Assembly (NCBI GenBank): GCA_041690395.1
Contig: JAWLHJ010000004.1
Coordinates: 96,001 to 160,000 of the forward strand
Length of the DNA: 64,000 bases
DNA from: Longimicrobiales bacterium
GTDB taxonomy: Bacteria > Gemmatimonadota > Gemmatimonadetes > Longimicrobiales > Gaopeijiaceae
Reading direction: 5' to 3'
Shown: in pieces, positions 30,401 through 39,136 of the stretch
How positions within the stretch are numbered: position 1 is the first letter of the stretch
Layout: every line of letters begins with the position of its first letter
Made by a program: the position numbers and the translations under genes
The notes under the pieces: model-generated
What the model was told of the DNA's origin: nothing
The model's input: only the letters and a program-made list of their open reading frames with translations
Database searches by the model: none

Positions 30401-31437
30401 ATCAGAGCCAACGAGACGAGGACCCAGCGGGCAAGCCCCCCTTCCACCCAGGCGACGAGCTCCTCGCTCCCTCCGAGCAGGGCTCCGGAGGCCGCGAGGG
30501 CTCCGTGCGGAAGCAGGCCCGCGATCAGTAGCAGGGACCCGGCACCCACGACACCGACCGACCTGGGCCCGGGGCAACCCACGGCCAGGAGCCCCCACGC
30601 GAGCAGGACGAGCACCGCCACCCGCATCCGCCAGCGCGCCATGACCTCGTCGGCCCGAGCCTCCGGCGATGGGCGCTCCACGACGACGCTCATGAGTCGC
30701 CGGTCAGGAAGCGCGAGATCCCATACTCCTTCGCGGACGCCCGGATCGTACTGGGTGACCCGCACACGCTCACCCAGATCGGCGAAGAAACGGTTCGAGA
30801 AGTCCTCTACACCCGCCTCGATCACGTCGGGGAGATCCGCGCGCAGGAGATCCGCCGCGATCGCGACGCGGCCGTCCTCCGTGAGGGCGGTCACGTACAG
30901 ATAGCCGAACAGGGGCCGGTCGTAGTACGTGTGACGCAGGAATCCGCCCTGCACGCTCTCGGGCACCTTGCCCCAGTGCGCGCCGTCCCAGAGGTTCACC
31001 CGTCCCTCGGCGTCGTACAGCGCCAGGGCCGAGACGCCGTGCCGATTCCTCAGATCGCGAACGAACGCCCGATCCACCTGATCGGTGGGGTCCACCGCCT
31101 TCTCCGCCAGTGCGTCGGCGGCGGCCTCGGCCGCGATCTGTCGGCGCTCGAGGCGTTGGGCCAGGATCTCCCCGACTTCGGCCTCACGCTCGGTCCAGTA
31201 CGCGTCCCAATCCGACAGGAGCCCGGCGACACGGTGATGCGCGACGAACGCGAGAACGACCGACAGCACCAGCACCGCGACCCCGCCATGCCAGGGGAAG
31301 CGTCCGCTACGTATGCCGAGCGCCGACGTCGCGACCGCGGCGGCGGCCAGCACGAGAATCCAGACGCTCGGCGAAGCGACCCAGACCGCGAGCGCGCCGG
31401 CGGCGAGCCACGGCGCCAGGAGGGGGAGAAGGGACAT
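27433..31437 (-). CDS. Large multi-TM sensor histidine kinase (NtrY-like: HAMP-PAS-HisKA-HATPase)
   Basis: About 1334 aa with many TM helices; HAMP LTRPI...DEFG, H-box AWGEMARQVAHEVKNPLTPI, NLLENA, DEGSG, GSGLGL. Confidence 0.92.
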   Translation of the reverse strand: MSLLPLLAPWLAAGALAVWVASPSVWILVLAAAAVATSALGIRSGRFPWHGGVAVLVLSVVLAFVAHHRVAGLLSDWDAYWTEREAEVGEILAQRLERRQIAAEAAADALAEKAVDPTDQVDRAFVRDLRNRHGVSALALYDAEGRVNLWDGAHWGKVPESVQGGFLRHTYYDRPLFGYLYVTALTEDGRVAIAADLLRADLPDVIEAGVEDFSNRFFADLGERVRVTQYDPGVREGVWDLALPDRRLMSVVVERPSPEARADEVMARWRMRVAVLVLLAWGLLAVGCPGPRSVGVVGAGSLLLIAGLLPHGALAASGALLGGSEELVAWVEGGLARWVLVSLALMSLLGVSPRPLLRVRAEWVAIAVALVYALGLGWLAERILPMSREAGRLEWVTIEVGVATLLTLVTLTLFSVAGSTRSSSWKAVGSAALALVLGGCAAVWVWSSGRVPSWWWLLWGVPAWMAPAGLRVFRGWRGTLATGALAVTLAGSATIPAIWSLGIRAEMALAEDRLEGLASREDPVLVEGLQRMAVAADSLDAVGRESVDVLYHAWRASGLAGEGRPVRLTRWDPSGYRGVELRVGAEGNLPGVLPTLLAEQRETSEARLLRLDRDDARYVLTVPMSDGGVLSAVAPPFSERQRPSTLDPFVRAGARAPAEAMAFIPLLPAERRAGRAEEPLRWVRDGTEWRAERGVLFANDRAYHAHYTLSLPMPLQAVARATLLVVLNGLLVGLFWLLGTGLRDRDGASAGRLRVAAISFRARVTWALFGFFALANALFGTVAYRTVSQASVRSAEVIAERVVDDAAVWYRALAGGMDRLGRQVGADLVVYRSGELAEGSVEELVELGLYDAWTPYEVHEDIRRLEGLKRFTRTDLGRWEYVTAFRRLPDGDIMAAQVPLQAGTAAIQAADLLELLGFFVVLGAALSLGLAMLAGRALTRPIQALQVASERVGSGNLGLRLPEDRVDEFGAVFRAFNRMVARVRQARRELVRTSRRTQLIMDEAAVGMLAVDDSARITLVNPRASELLGAAVVPGEALAADDPLAEDLGVWLREYLERGAERADHEFQAGDRRIRVRARRLGRRDSKRGAVVAMDDVTDELRAERVIAWGEMARQVAHEVKNPLTPIKLSVQHVRRAWEDGRPDFEEILLRNADAMLREIDRLATIAQSFSRFGAPADAGVPLEPVILQQAVGDVMALYGGTVASVAFTHDVEPDLPPVVARTPELKEVLVNLLENARLASAQGGTVEVRAKRSEAGVVLEVADEGSGIPDEVLPRIFEPQFSTRSTGSGLGLAIVRRLVASWGGEITVTSREGVGTTMRIHLVPWTDDGVADT

Positions 31438-31451
31438 CACGCCCGGCGCGG

Positions 31452-32186
31452 ATGGGCGACGTGACGGGCCGGAGCTGGGCGCTCGACGAGCTCGCCTGGA
31501 CCGACGTGCGGGAACGGCTGGATCGGGACCCACGCCTCATCGTGCCCATCGGCGCGCTCGAGCAGCATGGACCTCACCTCCCGTTGGGAACCAACCTGCA
31601 CATCGCGAATCACGTGGCACGCGCCGTGTCCGAGCGACTCGGCGTGCTGCTCGCTCCGCCGTTCTCCTACGGAGCGACCAACGGCGGGGGTCCCTACCCC
31701 GGATCCGCGGGCGTGCGGAGAAAGACCCTGCACCGCGCGGTGAACGAGCTGCTGGCGCAGTGGGAGGACGACGGGTTTCGCACCTTTCTCATCGTCACGG
31801 CGCAACGGTACGAACCGCATCTGGAGGCCCTCCTCATGGCGCTGACCGGAAGCGCGGTGAGCTCGATCTACGACCTGTACCAAGTCGACGTGTCGGACCT
31901 CCTCGAGGGCGACCCGCGCCAGGAGCACGCCGGAGAGATGGAAACGTCGCTCATGCTGCACCTGGCACCGACGCTCGTCCACCGGGACCGGTTCGCGGAC
32001 TTCGTCCCGGACAGGCAGGCGATCCGAAAATACACGCGCCGCAGGGCACCGACACCCCCGCTCGACTCGCTCGGCGTGCTGGGCGCTCCGAGCCGTGCGT
32101 CGTCGGACAAGGGAAAGGCGGTCTTCGAACGGCTGGTGTCCGCCCTGTGCGACACGATCAGCGGCGGCGAAGGGGACGACGGATAG
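31452..32186 (+). CDS. Creatininase-family protein
   Basis: LDELAW, PIGALEQHGPHLPLGT, HAGEMETS, GVLG.P..AS..KG. Confidence 0.88.
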   Translation: MGDVTGRSWALDELAWTDVRERLDRDPRLIVPIGALEQHGPHLPLGTNLHIANHVARAVSERLGVLLAPPFSYGATNGGGPYPGSAGVRRKTLHRAVNELLAQWEDDGFRTFLIVTAQRYEPHLEALLMALTGSAVSSIYDLYQVDVSDLLEGDPRQEHAGEMETSLMLHLAPTLVHRDRFADFVPDRQAIRKYTRRRAPTPPLDSLGVLGAPSRASSDKGKAVFERLVSALCDTISGGEGDDG

Positions 32187-32220
32187 AACCGCGAGCCCCC
32201 CGGCGGGTATCCTCGTGATC

Positions 32221-32928
32221 ATGCGCATCCATCCCGCACTCCGCCTCCTGGCGCTGTCGATCGTTCTGGCGGTCTCGTCCCCCACCCGGACGGCCCACGC
32301 CCAGGGAATCGTCGTCGACGAGGGAAGCTTCCGGATCTCCCTCGCCGGGCGGGAGGTCGGGACCGAGAGCTTCTCCATCCGGCGGGCGGGCATCGGACGA
32401 GACGACGCGCTTTTCGCCAACGGCACCATCGAGTTGGGCTCCTCCGTCGACCGCGATGCCATCGACCCACTGCTGCGCGCGACCCCACCGGACGGAGTCG
32501 TAGCCGGCTATCAGGTGCGTGTGACCGGGAAGAACGCCCTCGACTTCCAGCTGACCCTGGTCGGGAACCGCTACGTCTCTTTCGCCCGGTCTCCGCTGGG
32601 GGACGAGGAGCGCGAATATCCCGCCCGGTCCACGACCCGGATCCTCGAGCAGGACGTCGCCCACCACTACTACTTCCTCAGGGATGCCCGGGAAGGAGAG
32701 CGGATTCATATCATCGAGCCGCGCTCGCGGAGCCAGGGAACGCTGACCGTGGATCGTCGCACCGACGACCAGATCCTGCTCGACGGACGACCCACCGAAG
32801 CCCGGCGCCTCGAGATGTCGTTCCGCGACCAGGTCCGAACCGTCTGGTACGATCGGCTCGGCCGGGTGCTCCGTGTCGAGATCCCGGCCCTGGGATACGT
32901 GGCCGAGCGCGCGGACCTGGTCGGTTGA
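32221..32928 (+). CDS. Secreted beta-rich hypothetical protein
   Basis: Sec signal peptide ending AHA-Q; first or second gene of the exporter operon. Confidence 0.75.
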   Translation: MRIHPALRLLALSIVLAVSSPTRTAHAQGIVVDEGSFRISLAGREVGTESFSIRRAGIGRDDALFANGTIELGSSVDRDAIDPLLRATPPDGVVAGYQVRVTGKNALDFQLTLVGNRYVSFARSPLGDEEREYPARSTTRILEQDVAHHYYFLRDAREGERIHIIEPRSRSQGTLTVDRRTDDQILLDGRPTEARRLEMSFRDQVRTVWYDRLGRVLRVEIPALGYVAERADLVG

Positions 32929-33014
32929 GGCCGGTCGACCGCAGTGAAACCGACGCGTCCGTTTCGGCGTACGGTGTATCGGCAACGAGAAGGATACGCG
33001 AAACGAGGGGGGTG

Positions 33015-34511
33015 ATGTTCTCGAGATGGCTGGTCGTGGGGGCCGCATTCCTGGCGCTGAGTCCGTGCCTCGCCGCGCAGGAACAGGTCCCCGAGCGCCT
33101 GACCCTCGAGCACGCGCTCGAGGTCGCTTCCCGCAACAGCCCTGCCTTCCTTCGCGCCCGGAACGACCGGGCGCTGGCCGACTGGGACGTGCGCGAAGCC
33201 TACGGGCGGCTCCTGCCGACGGCCGACGCGAGCAGTCGCGTGAGCTGGCAGGGATCCGGAGAGCAGCAGCTCGGCAGCAGCCTCACGGCGGGCGACCTCG
33301 GCTTCGGTAATCAGCCCTCGTACTACTTCTCCAGCTGGAACGTCGGCGTCAACTACTCGCTCGACTGGGCGACCCTCCGCGGCCCGGCCCGTGCCAAGGC
33401 GGAGAGGGAGGCGACCGCGGCCAGGATCGACGCGTCGGGGTCGGAGCTCGCCGCGCAGGTCACCACGGCCTACGTCGAAGTGCTCCGCAGGAACGAGTTG
33501 CTCGCCACGGCCCGCCAGCAGCTCGAGAACGCCAGGATCAACCTCCGGCTTGCCCAGGGCCAGCTCGAGGTCGGCTCGGTCACTCCGATCGACGTCGGGC
33601 AGGCCGAAGTGCAGGTGGGCCGATCCGAGGTCCAGGTACTCCAGGCCGAGAACGCGGTCGAGACGGCTCGGCTGCGACTCCTCCAACAGATGGGCGTCGG
33701 GGTGAGCCAGCCCTTCGAGCCCGGCACGGAGCTTGTGGCGGCGCCACCCCGATGGGATCTCGATTCGCTACGAGCGCTCGCCCTGGCCGAGAACCCGACG
33801 CTCCGGGCGACGCGGATGGCCCGCGAGTCGGCGGAGCTGGGGGTCAGCTCGGCCTGGTCTTCCTATCTCCCGTCTCTCTCCATTTCCACCGGGTGGGGCG
33901 GGTTCGCGCGTCAAGCGAGTGATGCGGACTTCCTCGTGGCGCAGGCGCAGGCACAGGCCGCGTCCGGGATCTCCCGATGCGTCGCGACGAACGACCTCTA
34001 CCGCCGGCTCGCCGATCCGCTCCCCCCTGTCGACTGCTCGCAGCTCGTCTTCACGGACGAGCAGCGGAGGGCGATCCACGAGGCGAACGACCAGTTCCCG
34101 TTCGGATTCGAGCGCTCCGCGCCGGCAGTCTCCTTCGGCCTGAGCATTCCGATCTTCACCGGCCTCAGCCGCCAGCGGAACCTCGAGGCGGCGAGGATCC
34201 AGCGCGACGACGTCTCGCAGGAGCTCCGGGAGCGGGAGCTGGCGCTGGAAGCGGACCTCAGGATCGCGCTCGCCAACGTGGAGACCGCATTCCAGAGCGC
34301 GTCGCTCGAGGAGCGGAACCGCGACCTGGCCGAACGCCAGCTGACCCTGGCCCGAGAGCGCTACCAGCTCGGGGCCATCACCTTCGTCGAGCTCATGGAC
34401 GCGCAGACCGTGCTGTCGCAGGCGGAGAGCGACCACATCGTCGCCCTGTTCGCGTACCACGATGCCGTCACGGACCTCGAAGCGCTCGTCGGAGCGCCCC
34501 TCAGAGACTGA
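33015..34511 (+). CDS. TolC-family outer membrane efflux protein
   Basis: Signal peptide, LTLEHALEVA..NSP, two OEP repeats, ERYQLG.ITFVEL.DAQ. Confidence 0.93.
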   Translation: MFSRWLVVGAAFLALSPCLAAQEQVPERLTLEHALEVASRNSPAFLRARNDRALADWDVREAYGRLLPTADASSRVSWQGSGEQQLGSSLTAGDLGFGNQPSYYFSSWNVGVNYSLDWATLRGPARAKAEREATAARIDASGSELAAQVTTAYVEVLRRNELLATARQQLENARINLRLAQGQLEVGSVTPIDVGQAEVQVGRSEVQVLQAENAVETARLRLLQQMGVGVSQPFEPGTELVAAPPRWDLDSLRALALAENPTLRATRMARESAELGVSSAWSSYLPSLSISTGWGGFARQASDADFLVAQAQAQAASGISRCVATNDLYRRLADPLPPVDCSQLVFTDEQRRAIHEANDQFPFGFERSAPAVSFGLSIPIFTGLSRQRNLEAARIQRDDVSQELRERELALEADLRIALANVETAFQSASLEERNRDLAERQLTLARERYQLGAITFVELMDAQTVLSQAESDHIVALFAYHDAVTDLEALVGAPLRD

Positions 34512-34526
34512 TCCGGAGTCCACTCC

Positions 34527-35777
34527 ATGCAGCGTCGCTCGAAGATCATCGTCGGAGTGCTCGTCGTAGCGGTCGTGGGCGTGGCGACCGCCACGGCGGT
34601 CGCGCGCAATCGAAACCAGGGTGTCGAGGTGCGGACGGAGGCGATCGCCGAGCGGGACCTCGTCGAGCTCGTCACCGCGTCCGGGAACGTGCGGGCCCGC
34701 AGGACCGTGGAGATGAGCTCCGACGTGTCCGCGAGGGTCTCTCAGCTGCTCGTCCGTGAGGGCGACGAGGTCCGTGTCGGCCAGACGCTCCTCCGCCTCG
34801 AGCCGGACCAGTACCAGGCGGCCCTCTCCCGCGCGGAGGCGCAGCTCGCCCAGGCGCGGTCGCAGGAGTCGCAACAGCGCGCCAACCTCATCCAGGCCGA
34901 GCGCAATCTCGACCGTCTCCTCTCCCTCCGCGCGAGGGACTCGCTGCTGGTCAGCCCTCAGCAGCTCGACGACGCGCGCACCAACGTCGACGTCGCCGAG
35001 GCTTCGCTCGAGTCGGCGTCGCACGGAGTGTCCCAGGCGGAGGCGGCCGTCGCGGAGGCCGCGGACAGGCTCTCGAAGACGGTGTTCACCGCTCCGATGG
35101 CGGGCCGGGTGACCCGGCTCAACGTGGAGGAAGGCGAGACCGTGATCATCGGCACGATGAACAATCCGGGAAGCCTGGTGCTGACGATCTCCGACCTCTC
35201 CGTGATGGAAGCCGTCGTGCGCGTCGACGAGACGGACGTGCCCAGGATCGCGCTCGGCGACAGCGCGAGCGTCCGGATCGACGCCTTCCCCGGTCGGACC
35301 TTCACCGGACGCGTCACGGAGATCGGGAACTCGGCCATCACACCTCCGGCCCAGCAGACCGCGGGACAGCAGGCGGCCATCGACTTCGAGGTCGTGCTGA
35401 CGCTCGACGACACCGACGCGCTCCTCCGGCCAGACCTCTCCGCGACGGCCGAGATCGTGGTCGCGCGGCGTGAGAACGTCCTGGCCGTCCCCATCATCGC
35501 CCTGACCGTACGTGGGTCGGGTACGGAGGAGAGCGACGCCTCCGCCGGCAGGCCGGTGGAGGACGACGTCGAGGGTGTGTTCCTCGCGTCGGGGGGTCGG
35601 GTGCGCTTCACCCCCGTCGAGGTCGGCATAACCGGTCGAGAGCACTTCGAGGTCCTGTCCGGGGTGACGGCTGGCGATACCGTCGTCGCGGGTCCCTACC
35701 AGGCCATTCGGAACCTTCAGGACGACGACCAGATCCGTCCGATGGAGCAGTCGGCCGCGCCCCCGCGGGGCGGGTAG
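34527..35777 (+). CDS. Periplasmic adaptor (MacA/HlyD family)
   Basis: N-terminal TM, lipoyl half-motifs VREGDEV and APMAGRV, alpha-hairpin, VDETDV. Confidence 0.93.
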   Translation: MQRRSKIIVGVLVVAVVGVATATAVARNRNQGVEVRTEAIAERDLVELVTASGNVRARRTVEMSSDVSARVSQLLVREGDEVRVGQTLLRLEPDQYQAALSRAEAQLAQARSQESQQRANLIQAERNLDRLLSLRARDSLLVSPQQLDDARTNVDVAEASLESASHGVSQAEAAVAEAADRLSKTVFTAPMAGRVTRLNVEEGETVIIGTMNNPGSLVLTISDLSVMEAVVRVDETDVPRIALGDSASVRIDAFPGRTFTGRVTEIGNSAITPPAQQTAGQQAAIDFEVVLTLDDTDALLRPDLSATAEIVVARRENVLAVPIIALTVRGSGTEESDASAGRPVEDDVEGVFLASGGRVRFTPVEVGITGREHFEVLSGVTAGDTVVAGPYQAIRNLQDDDQIRPMEQSAAPPRGG

Positions 35778-35783
35778 CCTCGG

Positions 35784-37025
35784 ATGGTCTTCCGGGAAGG
35801 CGTAGCGCTCGCGCTCCTCCAGATCCGCACCCAGAAGCTGAAGAGCTTCTTCAGCCTCCTGGGCGTGATCCTCGGCGTGACGTTCCTCATCCTGGTCGTG
35901 ACGGTGGTGGAGGGGCTGGATCGCTACGTTCGCGAGGACTTCACGTCCCAGGTGTTCGGCATCAACACCGTCACGCTGCGCCGCTGGCAGAGCGTGAACA
36001 TCAACACCGACCCCGAGGAGTGGCGTGCCCGCCAACGGCGGCCTCGCCTCGAGTACGAGGACGCCGACGCGATCCGCGCGGCCCTCACGATCCCCGGACG
36101 GGTCGCCGTCGAAAGCTCCACCAGCGCCGACGCGGTCGGGGACAACGGCCGAACGGCCACCGGTGTCCAGGTCACCGGAGCCTCGCCCGAGATCTTCGAG
36201 ATCCGCGACCTGACCCTGACGCGCGGTCGCGCCTTCACCCCCCAGGAGGCCGCCTCCGGCAGCCCGGTGATGGTGCTCGGCTCCGAGACCGCCGACGTCA
36301 TCTTCGAGACGCTCGACCCGATCGGCCGCTCCGTCCGCATCCGGGGCTTCCCCTACAGGGTGATCGGCGTGCTCGAGGAGCGCGGCTCGCTCTTCGGACA
36401 GTCGCTGGACAACCTCGCCATCGCCCCGGCCCGCTCGCCGGTCCAGTCCATCACGAATCCGCGCGGGGTCGTCGACGAGATCATCATCCAGACCCTCGAC
36501 CCGACGCTCCTGCGCGACGCGCAGCTGGAGATCGAGGGCATCATGCGCGCCCGGCGTGGCCTGCGGCCGACCGAGGAAGCCGACTTCACGCTGGAGACCG
36601 CGGAGCAGGCGATCAGCTTCTGGGACAACATCTCGCGAATCCTCTTCCTGGCGCTCCCCATGCTCGTGTCGATCTCGCTCGTGGTGGGCGGGATCGTGAT
36701 CATGAACATCATGCTGGTCTCGGTCATGGAGCGAACGCGGGAGATCGGCATCCGCAAAGCGCTAGGGGCGCGCCGGCGGGACATCCTGCTCCAGGTCCTC
36801 ATCGAGTCGACGACGCTCGCCACCGTGGGCGCCGCCCTGGGCGTCCTGGCGGGACTCGGCGTGGCGGCAGGCCTGGCGGCTACCACCCCGCTCCCGGCCG
36901 CGGTCGCCCCCCGGTGGATCGCGCTCGGCGTGGGAATGGGCATCACGGTAGGCGTCATCGCGGGCGTCTATCCGGCGGCAAGAGCCTCACGCCTCGATCC
37001 GGTGGACGCGCTCCGGTATGAGTGA
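35784..37025 (+). CDS. MacB/FtsX-type ABC permease
   Basis: SLLGVILGV, VGGIVIMNIMLVSVMERTREIGIRKALGA, LDPVDALRYE. Confidence 0.95.
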   Translation: MVFREGVALALLQIRTQKLKSFFSLLGVILGVTFLILVVTVVEGLDRYVREDFTSQVFGINTVTLRRWQSVNINTDPEEWRARQRRPRLEYEDADAIRAALTIPGRVAVESSTSADAVGDNGRTATGVQVTGASPEIFEIRDLTLTRGRAFTPQEAASGSPVMVLGSETADVIFETLDPIGRSVRIRGFPYRVIGVLEERGSLFGQSLDNLAIAPARSPVQSITNPRGVVDEIIIQTLDPTLLRDAQLEIEGIMRARRGLRPTEEADFTLETAEQAISFWDNISRILFLALPMLVSISLVVGGIVIMNIMLVSVMERTREIGIRKALGARRRDILLQVLIESTTLATVGAALGVLAGLGVAAGLAATTPLPAAVAPRWIALGVGMGITVGVIAGVYPAARASRLDPVDALRYE

Positions 37026-38307
37026 GGAGCACACGTCGGGCCCGCGACGCCTCACGGCCACCCTCTCCGAGGGCTTCGCCATCGCATGGGAAGCCATCAA
37101 CGGGAACCGGATCCGCTCGTCGCTGACCGTCCTCGGTGTCGCCGTCGGCGTGGCCGTGGTGATGGCCATCGCGGCGCTCATCACGGGAATCCGCTCCAGC
37201 GTCATGGAAGCGTTCGAGTCGGCGGGTCCCGACAACTTCATGGTCACCCGGTTCGACTTCACCGCGGTCCGGATCTCCGACGAGGGCAACAACCGGCCCC
37301 CGTGGTGGAACAAGCCCGAGATCGAAGCCGAGGAGGCGCGGCGGATCGGAACCCTGCCGACGATCGACGAGGCGCTCTACAACTTCGGATTCAACGCGAG
37401 CTTCAACTACGAGGGCCAGGCGGTCCAGAACGTCCAGTCGCAGGCGTATTCGTCGGGCTGGCCGCGGTACCAACCCGGCGACTTCCTGGCGGGCCGTGAC
37501 TTCACGCCGGCTGAGGTAGGCCAGAACCGACCCCTGGTCGTCGTCTCGGCCTCGCTGGCCGAGGACCTTTTCGGGCAGCGTGACCCGATCGGACGGTTCG
37601 TGCGCGTGTCCGCGGGAGGTGGAGGCCACCAGGAGGCGTTCGAGGTGATCGGCGTCTTCGAAGCCGAGGAGAACATCTTCAGCAGCGCCGTCCGGCACTG
37701 GGCGGTCTTCCCCTGGACGGCCGCCGAGCGCCGGCTGCGGGTATCGACATGGCAGGCGCAGATCCTGGTCGTGCCCGAGGACTCCGTGTCGATGGCGCGG
37801 GCGCAGGACGACGTCATCGCCGCCCTGCGGAGCATGCGGAGCCTCGGGCCACGTGACGAGAACGACTTCGCGCTGATCGCGTCGGCGCAGATCGTGAGCC
37901 TGTTCAACCGGCTGACGGCCGTGTTCTTCCTCGTGATCCTCCTCCTCGCCTCCGCGGGCCTGCTCGTCGGCGGTGTCGGCGTGATCGGGATCATGCTGAT
38001 CTCGGTCACCGAGCGCACCCGTGAAATCGGGATCCGGAAGGCGGTGGGCGCCACCCGGCGAGAGATCCTATGGCAGTTCCTGCTCGAAGCGTCGCTTCTC
38101 ACGCTGGCGGGGGCGGCGGTCGGCATGGGCGCGGGATGGTCCGTGGCGTCGGCCGTCGCCGCCTGGACGCCACTGCCCGCGGCCATCCCGCTCTGGGCCG
38201 TCGGCGCGGCGCTGGGCATGGCGGCGGTGAGCGGTATGTTGTTCGGCCTGGTGCCCGCATACCGGGCGAGCCGCATGGACCCCGTGACCGCGCTGAGATT
38301 CGAATGA
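37018..38307 (+). CDS. MacB/FtsX-type ABC permease (second)
   Basis: RSSLTVLGVAVGV, VGGVGVIGIMLISVTERTREIGIRKAVGA, MDPVTALRFE. Confidence 0.95.
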   Translation: MSEEHTSGPRRLTATLSEGFAIAWEAINGNRIRSSLTVLGVAVGVAVVMAIAALITGIRSSVMEAFESAGPDNFMVTRFDFTAVRISDEGNNRPPWWNKPEIEAEEARRIGTLPTIDEALYNFGFNASFNYEGQAVQNVQSQAYSSGWPRYQPGDFLAGRDFTPAEVGQNRPLVVVSASLAEDLFGQRDPIGRFVRVSAGGGGHQEAFEVIGVFEAEENIFSSAVRHWAVFPWTAAERRLRVSTWQAQILVVPEDSVSMARAQDDVIAALRSMRSLGPRDENDFALIASAQIVSLFNRLTAVFFLVILLLASAGLLVGGVGVIGIMLISVTERTREIGIRKAVGATRREILWQFLLEASLLTLAGAAVGMGAGWSVASAVAAWTPLPAAIPLWAVGAALGMAAVSGMLFGLVPAYRASRMDPVTALRFE

Positions 38308-38386
38308 TGAGAAGGGTCCCGGGGCCCCCCTGCGCAGCACGGGTCCGGCCCGCCCCACTTCTTCAGCACCCTTTTAGAGGAACCCG

Positions 38387-39115
38387 ATGACCGAGCCGCT
38401 CGACCTACTCGCCGTGATGGCCCACCCCGACGACGCCGAGCTACTGTGCGGCGGGGTACTCGCGGGAAGCGCGCGACGCGGACTGCGGGTCGGTATCCTC
38501 GACCTGACCGCGGGCGAGATGGGAAGCTCGGGCACGCCCGAGGGCCGGGCCGAGGAAGCGCGGGAGGCCGCGAAGATCCTCGGGGTGGTCGCGCGGCGCT
38601 GCGCCGGACTCCCCGACTCCGCGCTCGAGAACGACAACGAGTCCCGACACGTCGTGGCGGAGCAGCTCCGTGCCCTCCGGCCCGCGGTCGTCGTCACGCA
38701 TTGGAAGCTGGGGCGCCACCGGGATCACCGGATCGCCGCGGAACTCGTGCGCGACGCCTGCTTCCTGAGCGGGCTGCGAAAGCTGGACGTCGGAGGCGAG
38801 CCGTTTCGGCCCCGGAAGATCGTGTACGCGACCGCCTATCGTGAGGACGTGGAGCGGCCGGACTTCGTCGTCGAGGTCGCCGAGGAGGACGTCGAGCGGA
38901 AGCTCGACGCGCTGGCGGCCTACCGATCACAGTTCGAGGGGATCGCGGGGATCGGGGAAGTCTTTCCCGGCGGCGACCGACCGATCTTCGACCAGATTCG
39001 GGCGCACATGGCCCGCTACGGCTCGCTGATACGGGCCCCGTACGGGGAGCCGTTCAAGACCGACGAGGTGCTGCGGGTCGAGGACCTGACCCGGCTCGAC
39101 GTGTCGACGTTCTGA
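38387..39115 (+). CDS. bshB1: PIG-L family deacetylase, bacillithiol BshB1-like
   Basis: AHPDDAEL, DLTAGEMG, HRDH, AYRSQF, YGEPF. Confidence 0.85.
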   Translation: MTEPLDLLAVMAHPDDAELLCGGVLAGSARRGLRVGILDLTAGEMGSSGTPEGRAEEAREAAKILGVVARRCAGLPDSALENDNESRHVVAEQLRALRPAVVVTHWKLGRHRDHRIAAELVRDACFLSGLRKLDVGGEPFRPRKIVYATAYREDVERPDFVVEVAEEDVERKLDALAAYRSQFEGIAGIGEVFPGGDRPIFDQIRAHMARYGSLIRAPYGEPFKTDEVLRVEDLTRLDVSTF

Positions 39116-39136
39116 TACGACGGGGGGCGCAGTCGC

